A DNA stretch of 64,000 bases from Hydrolagus colliei (taxonomy: Eukaryota), in the NCBI GenBank assembly GCA_035084275.1, contig CM068770.1, forward strand, positions 4,030,001 through 4,094,000. Reading direction: 5' to 3'. Shown here piece by piece: positions 25,136-36,830 of this stretch (position 1 is the first letter of the stretch; each line of letters begins with the position of its first letter). The position numbers and the translations under genes are program-made. Below the pieces are notes generated by a model. That model worked only from the letters and a program-made list of their open reading frames with translations. It was not told where the DNA came from and ran no database searches.

Positions 25136-25457
25136 TTACACATCAATCCTCTAGACATCTAACAAGAACGATAACAACGTTACGTTTCTATAGCGCCTTT
25201 CACATCGGGAAGACGTCCCTAAGCGCTGGACAGACAGTATTCCTGAGCTGAGGGATGGGGGTGGGTGGGGGGGGTAGAGATTGTGGAGGGTGGGGGAGAC
25301 TGGGGTGGTAGTTGGTGGGTGGGGGGGTCTAAAGGGTCTGATCGAAAAAACGGTCAGAGAGGAGGGTCTCGAGGTGGGTCTTGACGAAGGCGATGGATGG
25401 ATAAATACAGTGAAACATTTGCAGCTGAATTCAACGAAGTGCTTCTCAATACAATTA

Positions 25458-25817
25458 CAATAATAATAATAAATAATAATGCTTGCATTTGATAAGAGCG
25501 TTTTCACATCTTATCGACTCAAAGCGCTTCACAGAATACACTGTCAAGTGAATTGACTGTATATTTGTGAGCGAATCGCGGCAGCCGATTGCGCACGGCA
25601 GCGAACCCCCCCACCCCCCCACCCCCACAAACAGTCGTGGATTGAAAATGACCAATTTTATTACTATTGTGTGTGTTTTTTGGGGGAGGGATTATTATTA
25701 GGCGTGTGTGTGTGTGTGGAGTAAGAAAACTCGCCCAAGGTTTCGCCCTGACCTGCCTGGATTCGAACACAGGTCTCCCCAGCTTGCAAGACAAGTGCTT
25801 GAGCACACAGGAGCTTC
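25458..25817 (-). mobile_element. tRNA-derived SINE, full length
   Basis: All modules present; head variant CTTGCAAG. Confidence 0.9.
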
Positions 25818-26804
25818 ACAAATTAGGATCATTTTTCCAACGTGTTTCGGTTCACTGTTCGTGGTGGGTGAGTGGGTGGGTGGATGGGTGGGAGGGTGTG
25901 AGGGTGGGTGGAGGTGACAGGGCTTTTGCAAACACTTTGTAGGTGTCTCTTGATAACGAGCAGAAAAATTAAAAGGCAGGTGGAAGGCCCACACGTCTGA
26001 AAACCACAAGTTAGCTAAGTCACCTGTTGCAGGGCTGAGCAGACGATATTAAATAATCTCAGTACGAATCTAAATATATTTTGCAAAGCAAAATGCAACA
26101 GATAATTTTACCAGTGATCTTTAAACACCCCCTTCCCTCTCCCCACACCCCCCCACTCCCCCATCCCCCCAAACCTGATCCGCGAGGTCAGCCTATCTCG
26201 GTTAAAGAGTTAAGCAGAGGGCAACACACCCTGCAAAAAGTGTTTAATGGTGCGGTTTGTGTGAGGGTAATAAAAGTTGCAACCGAGCTCACATATAGAT
26301 CGATAAATACCACAACAGGTTCTGTTGTGCATAGGTTTCCTCTGAAAATGTTCCGGCGTTTGAATGGTGGGGGCTGCTGCCTTTCTGTGGCACCTCAAGG
26401 CGTAACTAATTCTCGTTGCTGAACTCGAGACGTGTGGTTTGATGGACGCGAAACAGGTGGCTGGCCAGAAGCACTTTGGTATTAAAATAATAATGTGATT
26501 GAAAGCTCACAGAGCTGCAATCGAGTACAGTACAGTACGGATTTTTTTAAAAAAAAGCTTGGTCACATGTGTTATCCGTTTCTAACCCTCATCTGCTGTG
26601 ACTTACATAAGTTGTGGTTTTTCGAGAGAGAGAGAGAGAGAGACGTGGGCCAATTCGCAACTGTGTAGAGAAGGCAAATCGACTGCAGAATGGCTTCACT
26701 CCACCTCCCCCCCACCACCACCACAGAACACAATCTAGTAATGACTGGACAAAGTTATCTCAGAGGAGGAGACAGAGAGAGGACAGTCACTGACACTGGG
26801 CGAA

Positions 26805-27035
26805 TGCTGCAACAAGTGATGTGCACACAGCTCCTTTCACGTCAGGAGGACTTCCCAAGGACAGTCAAGGATTTGAGCTGCTGATTGGGATCAGGAGAGG
26901 TGGAGGGCGGAGGAGGAGTGTGGGGGTAGGAGGGTGGACTGAAGGCGCGGTCGAAGAGGAGTGACTTGAGACAGGCCTTGAAGGAGGCAAGGGAGGGGAG
27001 CGAGGTGAAGGGACTGTGGGATGGACTTCCAAAAG
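26805..27035 (-). mobile_element. L2 LINE 3' fragment
   Basis: rc encodes SLASFKACLKSLLFDRAF followed by the L2 tail. Confidence 0.8.
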
Positions 27036-27730
27036 GGTCTGAGAAGTGGACAGATCCATGAGGAGTTAGGCTATCACAGAGACTTTTTAATGGCCCACAA
27101 AATATGCACATTTTAACCCAACGATCCTTGGCAATCACTCTCGAGTGTAGTGACTGTGTGTTTGTAGGCAATTTGCGCCTGGCTTGGTCCCCCCAAAAAA
27201 CAGCCATGAAGTCAACGATACGGCCAGGAGACGAAGAGAAACTATCTCGAGCCTCGATCTATCTCTCGAACTTTCTCTCATTCGAAAGATGGCAATGCTG
27301 ATATTTTACAACTCCCCACCCCCACTCCCACCCAGTACTGCATTGGAATGCAAGATAGTGAACTCATATCCTGGTTGGGTTAACCCACAAGCGTCTGACT
27401 AAGAGGCTAGAGTGTTGGGGGAAATCAACCGAGACAAGCTAACACGATCACTGATTTTCAGACACTCCACTTAAATTCTATTAGTAGCACAATGAAAGGG
27501 CGGTTTCCTCGCTAACTCGATTCTTCGTCTTATTATCAGACGCGCGCACGTGTGTGTGTGTGTGGAGTGAGGAAACTCGCCCCGAGGTTTCACCCTGACC
27601 TGCCGGGAATCGAACTCGGGTCTCTCGCTTGCCCGCTATAGCGCTCTAACCCGCTGAGCTACAAGTCTCCACGAGAGCTGCAGGGAAGGAGAGAATAGCC
27701 CCCCCAAAAAAGTTTCCCCGTCGTTCTTAC

Positions 27731-27758
27731 CTCAGCTCGGTGGCCACAGCTCCCGGCT
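27731..27758 (-). CDS. Gene A first cytoplasmic micro-exon (28 nt, phase 1 to 2): EPGAVATELR
   Basis: Acceptor CTTTCTCGTTACAG, donor GAG|GTAAGA; bridges the TM exon and the 24781 exon in frame. Confidence 0.75.
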
Positions 27759-29992
27759 CTGTAACGAGAAAGACTTTTACGGAGGACGCGTTCGCAGCCT
27801 AACTAACTATGCGCCAGCAAACGGGTGGCGTTGCTATGGAGTGAGCTTGTGGGAGTGAAATCAGAACCCGAGCCAGAAAACGCCGTACAGTATCGCACTC
27901 ACAGGAAAACCGTGGGCGTTTGTGTTCGTTTCTTTCATGCTCTCCGCCGCGAGGCAAAGCTCGCTCATTGAACTTAAAAGTGGAGCAGAGTAACCAGAGG
28001 CACAGCTTAACCCCGGGAATAGTGTTTCGATATATTGTTTTAAGGATTCGAACACACAGGTCTCCCCAGCTTGCAAGACAAGTGCTCTAACCACTAAGCC
28101 ACAGGAGCTCGCGATGGCACTTTTAAATTGGTTTCTCTTCTGCTTTAGCTTTTCTTTTGCACTTGAGCGCTGAGGGCTGACGGCAAGGGCTAGCGGCTGG
28201 CTGGTATCCCTGACCTTCTGAAAGTGCTGAATCTATTGCTGCGATGGTTTTCACCTGAAGGCGGATCACACAGATCTGACTAATCAAAGTGTAAATCACT
28301 TCCCCGCCCTCGCAAACCAAGTGGCGGTGCTCCTCACACGTGGCATCGGCTGTCTTTTACTTCCAACAAATTTCCCCCCCCCCCCACCCCCCCCAACCAC
28401 ACACAAAAAATACTAATAATACCCTAAACGCAGTAGATGGGAATGGTTTAAAATGATAATTGATTTCGACTGCGTTGAGTTTTTTTTTGATGAGAGTAAC
28501 AATCCTCGCATTCGACATTGTGTCTTATTAAGTCGTTAAGACGTCTCAAATCGCTTTGCAGCGTATTTTGCCCACGTATGTAGTCTTGTATTCACAGTAT
28601 ATCCTGCGAAGCGCTTTGAGACACAGTCTTAAGAAGACATGAAAAGCGCTATATCAAATGCAAGGATTATTATTCTTGTATACTATAAAGTGAAGTGACT
28701 ACGTGTGTTGCAAACGAAACGTAGCAGCCCGTTGAGCATATCTCTTAACAACAACAAAATACAACAAAATTACACTTATATAGAGCCTTTCACGTCAGGA
28801 TGACGTCCCAAGGCGCTGAATCTGAAGGCCTCGTCCTTTCACTTTACCGCTTAGTACAGAACCAAACTCTGGTCTGTCCGTGTCTCTGTTAAACATCTGT
28901 GTCCGAGCATTCCACAGCTTCGTCGATTCCTCGTTAGGAGTGAGGGAGTTGCTCACCAAAAAAAATACAGTCAATTCACTTTACATGACCATTCTGTGAA
29001 GCGCTTCGAGTCATCCCAACGACTTGAGAAAGGCGAACTGTCAAACCAAAAAGGTTAACATATCGCTTTCTGTCCTCAGCGCTGGCTACTTCGGTTTGTC
29101 TCTCGCTCACTGATTTGTGCAAACCCATCAAAAAAAACACACTGGGACTGAGTAAAGCCAACATCTGGTTTTAAGCAGCCAGAATGACATGACAAAATAG
29201 AATTACATGATTCAATCTTTCGCTCTCAAAGCCTCTGGCCTGCGATTTGGGGGCTGGGGTAGGTGGGGAGGCAAGGTCAGAATTGAGGAACGACCAAAAC
29301 CACATTGCAAAGCATGTGATCCAAACGCCCAGCTTGAGTCCCATAAAAAGTCAGTCATCGCTGGCACGAGACACGGAGTGAGGTCACTTTGCTTGCAATC
29401 CTAGTTCCACTTCCCACACCACAAGGATTAAGAGTTTGGTCCTAAAGACTGACAGTCCATCACTTTGGGATGTTCTCTCGACCTGAATGGCGCTGCACAA
29501 ATGTAATTTTGTTCTTCATTATTTGGAGCCAAGCCGGGAGGGGGGGGGGGGGGAGGGGGAGCTGGTGGAACTTTCTGTTGGAAGCTGTGGTCAAGGTAAA
29601 TAGCATCAACGTACGAAAGAGGAAACTCAATACAGCGCATAAGAAACTTCAAAAGGGAAAGGATATGAGATATTATTTTGTATAGTAATAATCCTAATAA
29701 TTATAAAGCGATAATAAAAAGCTATGTAGTGCCGTATCACCTCCTTAGACTGTCTCAAAGTGTTCTGAAGGATCCCCACCGTTAAGCGAATCGACTGTGT
29801 ACGTTATGAGCGAAGGATATACTGTAAAGCGAGTTGACTGACTGTACATGTTGTGGGGGTGAAATGGTCCATTGTTAGACCAGGAGACAGCGTGAATGTG
29901 TTGTTTGTACCCAACCACAGCTTGTCGCAGCTCACGAGTGATGTAGGAGCCGAGGTTAACACCTTCTGCCCAAAGCGTTCGATTTGTCTCAC

Positions 29993-30091
29993 CTTTCAGC
30001 TGCCGTTTCATTACGCAGTAGATGGAAATCAGCACAGACACCACCACAGCTACTGCCAGCGCAGGCAACAACACACAAAACAGCTTCGAGC
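29993..30091 (-). CDS. Gene A transmembrane exon (phase 1 to 1), uncharged TM
   Basis: Acceptor TTCTCGTTCACAG, donor AAAG|GTGAGA; GSKLFCVLLPALAVAVVVSVLISIYCVMKRQLK. Confidence 0.9.
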
Positions 30092-30851
30092 CTGTGAACG
30101 AGAATGTAGCAAAAGTCACTTGCCGACAAACGAGGGCCCCCAGAGCGTGGTGGTTAGAGCACTCGCTTCGTGTGTGGGGGCCACGGGTTCAATTCCTGGT
30201 TAGGGCGAAACTTTTGGAAAGTTTCTTTACTCCACACACACACACACACACTCACACTCACACACGCTATGTTCACCTTGCAGTAAACAGGAACCTAGTC
30301 ATTAGTCAATCGGTGAATGGCGTTCCGGGGAATAGGTAATAATCTCTTCTAAGAGTCTTGGAATCTAAGACTGTTTGTGGGAAACTGCTGTGCGCCATTG
30401 GCTGCCGCGTTTCGTCCACAAAATGTAGTCAATCCACCTCACACTATATTTTGCCTACCAAATAAATACACAGTCGATCCATTTTATGGAATATTCTGTG
30501 AAGCACTTTGAGGCAGGCTAGAATATGTGCTGGATCAGATGCAAGGATTATTCTTATTCTTATTATGAGGCGTGTTTACCGGCAATTGATCGCTGATCTA
30601 TTACGATCAACAAATCCACTCATTTCAAAACTACTGCGAGAGCGCAGAACATTAAACCAACTCGGTTCAAAGCCTTCGTAAATGGCGAGTTGACTCTTCT
30701 CTAGATCTTTGTGCTTTACAGACAGGTTGAGATCTGTTTTGAGTCTCACTATAACAGCACTCTGTGTCTCTAACAGTCGCGAGGAGCCTTAATAAATTGG
30801 TCATTTCAATCCACGACTGTTTCGTGGGGATGACTACTGCGCCCACGCCAA

Positions 30852-31184
30852 ATAATAATAATAATAATCCTTGCATTTGATATAGCGCTTTTCACATCTG
30901 ATCGACGTCTCAAAACGCTTCATAGAATATACTGTGAAGTGAAGTGACTGTATACGTGTGGGCGAAACGCGGCAGCCGATTGCGCGCAGCAGCGTCCCCC
31001 CCCACAAACAGTTGGGGATCGAAATGACCAATTTTTATTACTGTGTTCTTTTTTGGAGGGATTATTATTAGGCGTGTGGAGTAAGGAAACTTGCCCAAGG
31101 TTTCGCCCTGACCTGGCTGGATTCGAAACACAGGTCTCACGCTTGTAAGGCGAGTTGCTCTAACCACTCAGCTACAGGAGCTCC
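30852..31184 (-). mobile_element. tRNA-derived SINE, full length
   Basis: Close to consensus; ends GCTACAGGAGCTCC. Confidence 0.92.
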
Positions 31185-31403
31185 ACGAGTGCAACGCTTC
31201 GAGACGCCCTCCAGACCCGAAAGACGCTTCATCCAATGTATTTTGGATAAAAATAAAACAACTTTATTATATTTAAAATAGATCAGATATCCTGAGCAAC
31301 TTTGTCTGAGACTCAGGAAGAGAGAACTCAAGGAACAAAATGTATCTTGGCAATTTGCCTGAACGACTTGGCAGTGAAACTTAATGGGTTTTATTTTACT
31401 TAC

Positions 31404-31715
31404 CCACAGCACGTAATCGCGTGAAAACTTTGGACCTATTCTGCCCGTGGATGTTGTTCGCCTCACACAGGTACGTTGCCTGATCCTGCGACTGTAGAAA
31501 ACCGGTTTGGTTTATGGTAAGCGTCCGCTGAGTTTGGTTTGTCTCCGCGAGTTTCTCTCCGTCTTTAATCCACGTCAATGTGCACCCTGGGTTACAGTCC
31601 ACGGAGCAGGTCAGTTCTAGGAAGGAGCCCTCAGAGACAAAGACGGAGATGTTCGCAGGCTGATATGTGACTTGTCCGTTTGTCCTGTACGTGATGACAG
31701 GTTTCTGCGGAGCAT
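31404..31715 (-). CDS. Gene A Ig domain 3 exon (C2/I-type, Siglec-like)
   Basis: 312 nt, phase 1 to 1; YAPQKPV...VSEGSFLELTCSVDCNPGCTLTWIKDG...DQATYLCEANNIHG; CCCTATCAG acceptor, GTAAGT donor. Confidence 0.92.
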
Positions 31716-31798
31716 CTGATAGGGAAACGGAACAAGAGCTCTTATACAAAACATAAGATAAAAATAATAATAATACTTGCATTAATATAGCGCCTATA

Positions 31799-31913
31799 GA
31801 GTCCTGCTCACTGGTTAGAGCTCTCGCTTTACAAGCGTGAGACCTGTGTTTCGAATCCAGGCAGGTCAGGGCGAAACCTTGGGCAAGTTTCTTTACTCCA
31901 CACACACACACAC

Positions 31914-31959
<46 letters not shown>

Positions 31960-32182
31960 GCCGAATAATATTCCCTCCAAAAAAGCATCTATAATAAATT
32001 GGTCATTTTCAATCCACGACTGTTTGTGGGGGGGACGCTGCTGCGTGCAATTGGCTGCCGCGTTTCGCCCACAACTATACGGTCAATTCACTTTACAGTA
32101 TATTCTATGAAGCGCTTTGAGACGTCTAGAAGATGTGAAAAGGCGCTTTAGCAAATACAAGTTATTATTAGTATATTATTAT
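31799..32182 (+). mobile_element. tRNA-derived SINE, full length
   Basis: All modules present; inverted relative to the 30852-31184 copy. Confidence 0.92.
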
Positions 32183-32343
32183 TATCAAAATGCTTTACAG
32201 AATAATAAAGTGTATATTTTGTAAGCGAAATGATGGAACAAAAGAGCCTGTTAGACGAGGACAGAGGACAACAGGAATTGTTAGAAATAAATACACTTCC
32301 AGATTGCGGGAAGACAGTTTAACATGTAATTGGTGAGACTTAC

Positions 32344-32622
32344 ACTCGATACACAGTCTGACTTCAGTCCGAGCTACGGCTGCGTGAACATTGGTCTTGG
32401 TGCTGATCTGACACGCACACACACTCCCATTGTCTCTCATTCCGGCAGTGATGGGAAGTTGGCTGGTGAACAATCCAGAGTCCTTGGAGACTGAGCCACT
32501 GATATTCTCTGCGTGCAGTTCACAGGTGAAGGCGAGGTTCATGAAGGGAGATACCTGAGCAGAGCAGTTTAGGGTAGACCTACGTCCTACAACCAGGACG
32601 GACGAAGAGATGCGTGGAGTGT
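32344..32622 (-). CDS. Gene A Ig domain 2 exon (C2-type, resembles Siglec domain 2)
   Basis: 279 nt, phase 1 to 1; DTPRISSSVLVVGRRSTLNCSAQ...FTSQLPITAGMRDNGSVCACQI; TCTCTTCTGCAG acceptor, GTAAGT donor. Confidence 0.88.
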
Positions 32623-33099
32623 CTGCAGAAGAGAAGGTTCAACGGTATGAAAGTACATGAGTCTGTCGATGTCAGAGGTGATAACGCTGTCACTTTGCAG
32701 CAATGCTTCACAATAATAATACTGCAATAATAATCTTTATAATTGGTACAGTGCGATTCATAGAGGGAGGACATCTCAAAGTGTTCCACGGGATTTATTG
32801 GAGGGACTGGCTGTTTGTAAGAAGAGAGGGGCGGCCCATTCGCATTAAATGTGCCACAAACTGCCCTAAAGTGAATAACCGAGTCTGTTTTTTATCAGGA
32901 GATCGCAGAGCCAGGTGGGGAGGGAAGGCAGTGTGAAAGTAAAATGATTTGGCTATTTCTGTAATAACTTTCATGTGCAACAGCAGTTGCAAACCCAAAG
33001 TCTGACGACATTTTGAGAGGGTGAACTGCGCGAACGACACGAGGTGAAAAACCTATCGCTGTTGTCGATAGCACGTGTTTTAGAATAGGAACACACACA

Positions 33100-33340
33100 C
33101 ACACGCACGCACGTACACACACACACGCGCCTAATAATAATCCCTCCTCCCAAAAAACTACATTAATAAAATTGGTCATTTCAATCCACTACTGTTTGTG
33201 TTGGGGAGACGCTGATGTGTGCAATTGGCTGCCGCGTTTCACCCATAAATATACAGTCAATTAACTTTACAGTCTATTCTGTGAAGCGCTTTGAGACGTC
33301 TAGAAGACGTGAAAAGCGCTATGTCAAAATGCAGGGATTA
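33100..33340 (+). mobile_element. tRNA-derived SINE lacking head
   Basis: (CA)n, central block and tail. Confidence 0.85.
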
Positions 33341-33767
33341 ATTGGCAAAACAACAATTGGGAGGAGACCAGATATGATATCAACAGGAATGTTTCTAAAT
33401 ATCCTTCTCAGTTTCGATGTGACTAATAAAACAACACAATTGTACATTGATATGTACACTCCCCTAATCTTACCCCACAGCCCTGTAAATTTTCCTTTTC
33501 AAATAATGCTTGCATTTCATCTTCTGGTTATTCACCCACCCACCACAGGAAACAGTCTCTCCCTATTTACTCTTATCAAACCCAAACGATTCCTAGCTTC
33601 ACTAGTCTCTCCACATAAGATCCACGTCCCTGGAATCATTCCGGTAAATTTCCACAATTTCACTTTTGTTGCAAAATAGTTCCGTGCGAAATTTAAATGT
33701 CTTAAAATTCCTCCAAAACAAGAAATTAGAACCGGTTTTAGCCGTCAGATCATTGATTTGATTTACG

Positions 33768-33910
33768 TTCTGACGAAGGGTCGTGGACCCGAAACGTTGA
33801 CTCGCTTTTTCGTTCTCTCTCCATAGATGCTGCCTGACCTGCTGAGTGTTCCCAGCCATTTCTGTTTGTGTTTCAGATTTCCAGCATCCGCAGTGTTTTG
33901 CGTTTTCATT
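33768..33910 (+). mobile_element. Penelope-like element terminal fragment with hammerhead core
   Basis: CTGACGAAGGGTCGTGGACCCGAAACGTTGACTC...ATAGATGCTGCCTGACCTGCTGAGTGTTCCCAGCCATTTCTG. Confidence 0.7.
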
Positions 33911-34143
33911 TACGTTAAGATTCGCTTTGTGCAGAACTGTGACCAGTTCTTAAATTCAGCCTTTGGGAGCTATCTTACTGTAAGTCTTTTTTTTTGGAAC
34001 CAAAATATAGAAATAAGATTGATTTTCAAATATTTCCTCCCAAATTTAAAGATTTAAGGCTAAACCCGGGTGGAACTTTAGTGCTGGTGTACTAAGCAAG
34101 CATCAGCCCTTGTTATTAATTTACCATAATAAAAAAACTTTAC

Positions 34144-34464
34144 CAGAAACATGTAACCGTGTCCCTCCTCCTGTTTTATCCGCAGTCCCGTTTTCTGTTG
34201 TGATGGTGACCTCACAGTAATATGTTGTATTAGATTGTTCAAGAGAGACGTTTGCAATCTGTGTGGTTATCCAACAGCTAACAATCTCTGTGTGTTCAGT
34301 GCAGAACACATTATTCTTCAGGAAAAAACGAGGTTTTGGAAACCAGTGTATAAAAATCAAGTCACTTCGAATTCCAGTGTAACTAAATGTACAGTTTAAC
34401 GTGACCGATTCCCCTCTCCATACGCTGACCTCATGAGGCTGAGTCACCTCTAGGATCACAACAC
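34144..34464 (-). CDS. Gene A V-type (germline VJ) exon
   Basis: 321 nt, phase 1 to 1; VTQP..V.VWRGESVTLNCTF..W..YYC..GGGTRLHVS; CTCACCAG acceptor, GTAAAG donor. Confidence 0.93.
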
Positions 34465-34469
34465 CTGGT

Positions 34470-34575
34470 GAGATAATAATAATAATATTAATAATAATAT
34501 TAATAATCCTTGCATTGATAAAGCGCCTTATCACGTCATCGTGACGCCTCTAAGCGCTTCACAGAATATACTACA
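34470..34575 (-). mobile_element. SINE 3' tail fragment abutting the V-exon acceptor
   Basis: rc TGTGAAGCGCTTAGAGGCGTC...ATCAATGCAAGG(ATT)n directly followed by ATCTCACCAG. Confidence 0.85.
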
Positions 34576-34854
34576 GACTGTGAGTGTGTGTGGAGGACGG
34601 CATCAAGTCTGTCATAACGCAAATGTACCCAGATTAAACTAACGAGGATCAACAGTGATTCATGTTAAACATTCGTTTGTGCTCTAATCACACGCAAACC
34701 AAATTCAAATAAAAAACTTTGGTTGTTTCCCATTTCAGATCAATGTGACATTTTCAAGGAGGAATTTCTGTGAAGCTATTTCTCTATTTTATTGTTAAAC
34801 GTTTCACTGAAACCACGACACTCTCGCTTGGCACACGTCGCTCCTTATCACAAT

Positions 34855-35075
34855 AATAATACTGGTAACAATCCTTGCATTCAATATAGCGGCTTTTCAC
34901 CTCTTAATCGACGTCTCAAAGCGCTTCACAGAATATACTGTAAAGTGAATCGACTGTATATTTGTGGGCGAAACGCGACAGCCAATTGCGCACAGCAGCG
35001 TCCCCCACAAACAATCATGGATTGAAATGACCAATTTGTTTTATTATTGTGTTTTTTTTGGAGGGATTATTATTA
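34855..35075 (-). mobile_element. tRNA-derived SINE lacking head
   Basis: Central block and tail. Confidence 0.85.
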
Positions 35076-35923
35076 GGATTCCAACTGTGTGTGCCTCTTG
35101 ATGTCACATTAGGAAGATTTTAACTGTAAAGAAAACAACTTTAACTGTCGCAACTTGAGGATCCAGTCATTCGGAAATCATCTGCAGCCAAAATCAGTCA
35201 TTTCAAACACTGAACATTTTAGCAGTTAAAATTCAATAAAACTTTTGCTTAAAAGATGAGAATTTGGTCACTCAGTCCACGACTGTTTGTGGGTCACTGA
35301 CATCTGTGCGCAGTCGGCTGCCGCATTTCACCCACAACATATACAGTCAATTCACTTTACGGGATATTGTGTGAAGCACTATGAGACGTCTCGAAGACCT
35401 GATAAAGCGCTGTATCAAATGCAAGAATTATTATTATTATTAAACACGTAAAAGCTACCGAAAGATTCAATTTGTAAAGGATTTTCAGGACCTCCATATT
35501 ACACACTCGCATTGTGATAAATAATTTTGATAAAGATTTTGGTACATCAACTTTTTCGCTTTGCCAAGAGGTCTCAAAGTGTTTCAGATGATTTACCGGA
35601 GTGGAGCTGCTGTAGCTCAGAGGTTAGAGCACTCGCCTTACAAGCGTGAGACCTGTGTTCGAATCCATGCAGATCAGAGCGAAACCTTTGGCAAGTTTCC
35701 TTACTTCACACAAAGCGCTTCCGTGAAGCGCTTTGAGACGTCGATAAGATGTGAAAAGCCGCGATATCAAAGGCAAGGATTATTACTAGTATCATCACTG
35801 TAAAGGGGGTTCGGTGGACGAAACGCGGCAGCCAGTTCGTGCGCAGCGGCGTCCCACAAACAGCCACGGGAACCCTTTGAGTGGCCGTTGAACCGCGATC
35901 AGTCGCATGGATGAATCTCAACC

Positions 35924-35970
<47 letters not shown>

Positions 35971-35975
35971 CTCAC

Positions 35976-36024
35976 CATGTGCCTCAGCCAGCACAGTAAA
36001 GAGCAAGCTCGGAATTAGCAACAT
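35976..36024 (-). CDS. Gene A signal-peptide exon: MLLIPSLLFTVLAEAH(G)
   Basis: GCGATG start, 49 nt, phase 1, donor G|GTGAGT, hydrophobic leader. Confidence 0.88.
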
Positions 36025-36129
36025 CGCAGAGGCTAAACTGTGATGACAATTCTTTATTCCAGGCGTTTCCCAGGCTGTGCCAGTGCTGTCTGAGGCTCGG
36101 TGCAGTGAACAAACACACATCTCACTCTG

Positions 36130-36206
36130 GAGGAAGCCGCAAAGTGCAAATTCGACTAAATGCCATTGTTTCCGACCCAGATTAGGAGGAAGTTACGTGA
36201 GGAAGG
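36130..36206. promoter_or_regulatory. Cluster of ETS/PU.1-type GAGGAAG sites upstream of gene A
   Basis: GAGGAAG at 36130, 36186 (GAGGAAGT) and 36199, 100-180 bp upstream of the ATG. Confidence 0.45.
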
Positions 36207-36489
36207 GAGGAGAGCTTTTTTTTTCTTTTTCTTCTTCTTCGGTGCAGTGCTGTCTGTCTGTCTGTCTTGTCTGTCTGTCAGGATGTGATAGGACCTGTTA
36301 ACAGTACTGATCCAAATCTGGTAGCAGTTACATATACACACCCACCACACACTCTCACACACACATTCTCTCTCTCTCACACGCACACACATACACACGT
36401 GCACAGAAGAGGTTCTCAGTCCCTCAAAGGCCAAAAGTAGCCAACGCGACAACCCAATCTGAGTTACAAGCCAAATGTCAACCTGCCAC

Positions 36490-36830
36490 AGCCTGTTCCA
36501 CTTTTTTCTCTTGAATCAGAAAACTGTGGGTTCGAGCTTTGAACTCAGAGACAAAGGCTGACGCTCTCACTGTTGGGGAGAGACCCGAGGCAATACCGGA
36601 GGGGTGATCTGCAGAATCACAGCCGAGGTTCCGTCTCTGTGTTGAGGTTCATGTTACAGAGATCACATCATCTCAGAGTGAGTGTTACTCCCCCGTGTCT
36701 TGGCCAACGATCCCTCAGATGCTCCTGAAATAGACGACCGCTATTTATCCGCCCGCAGGTTGGCGACAAAGTGCACAGTCACTACACTTATACGGTGAAT
36801 CCCGTCAAGCGCCTGGAGGTGGGCGTCCTG
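36490..36830 (+). mobile_element. Degenerate DeuSINE-type element
   Basis: TGAATCAGAAAACTGTGGGTTCGAG head, GGCTGACGCTCTC, AGCCGAGGTTCCGTC, CCCCGTGTCTTGGCCAA, L2-like tail remnant. Confidence 0.55.

Noticed and set aside
28123-28320. ITIM-like VIYTLI ORF on the minus strand
   Set aside because: No convincing acceptor/donor pair places it in frame with gene A, and the model is complete without it; it cannot be fully excluded as an alternative exon.
29040-29110. RYVNL-containing frame downstream of gene A's TM exon
   Set aside because: Only weak donors (GTTAAC, GTTTGA) and the frame runs into a SINE.
30022-30339. Plus-strand ORF MEISTDTTTATAS (mucin-like)
   Set aside because: It is the antisense shadow of gene A's TM exon followed by SINE sequence.
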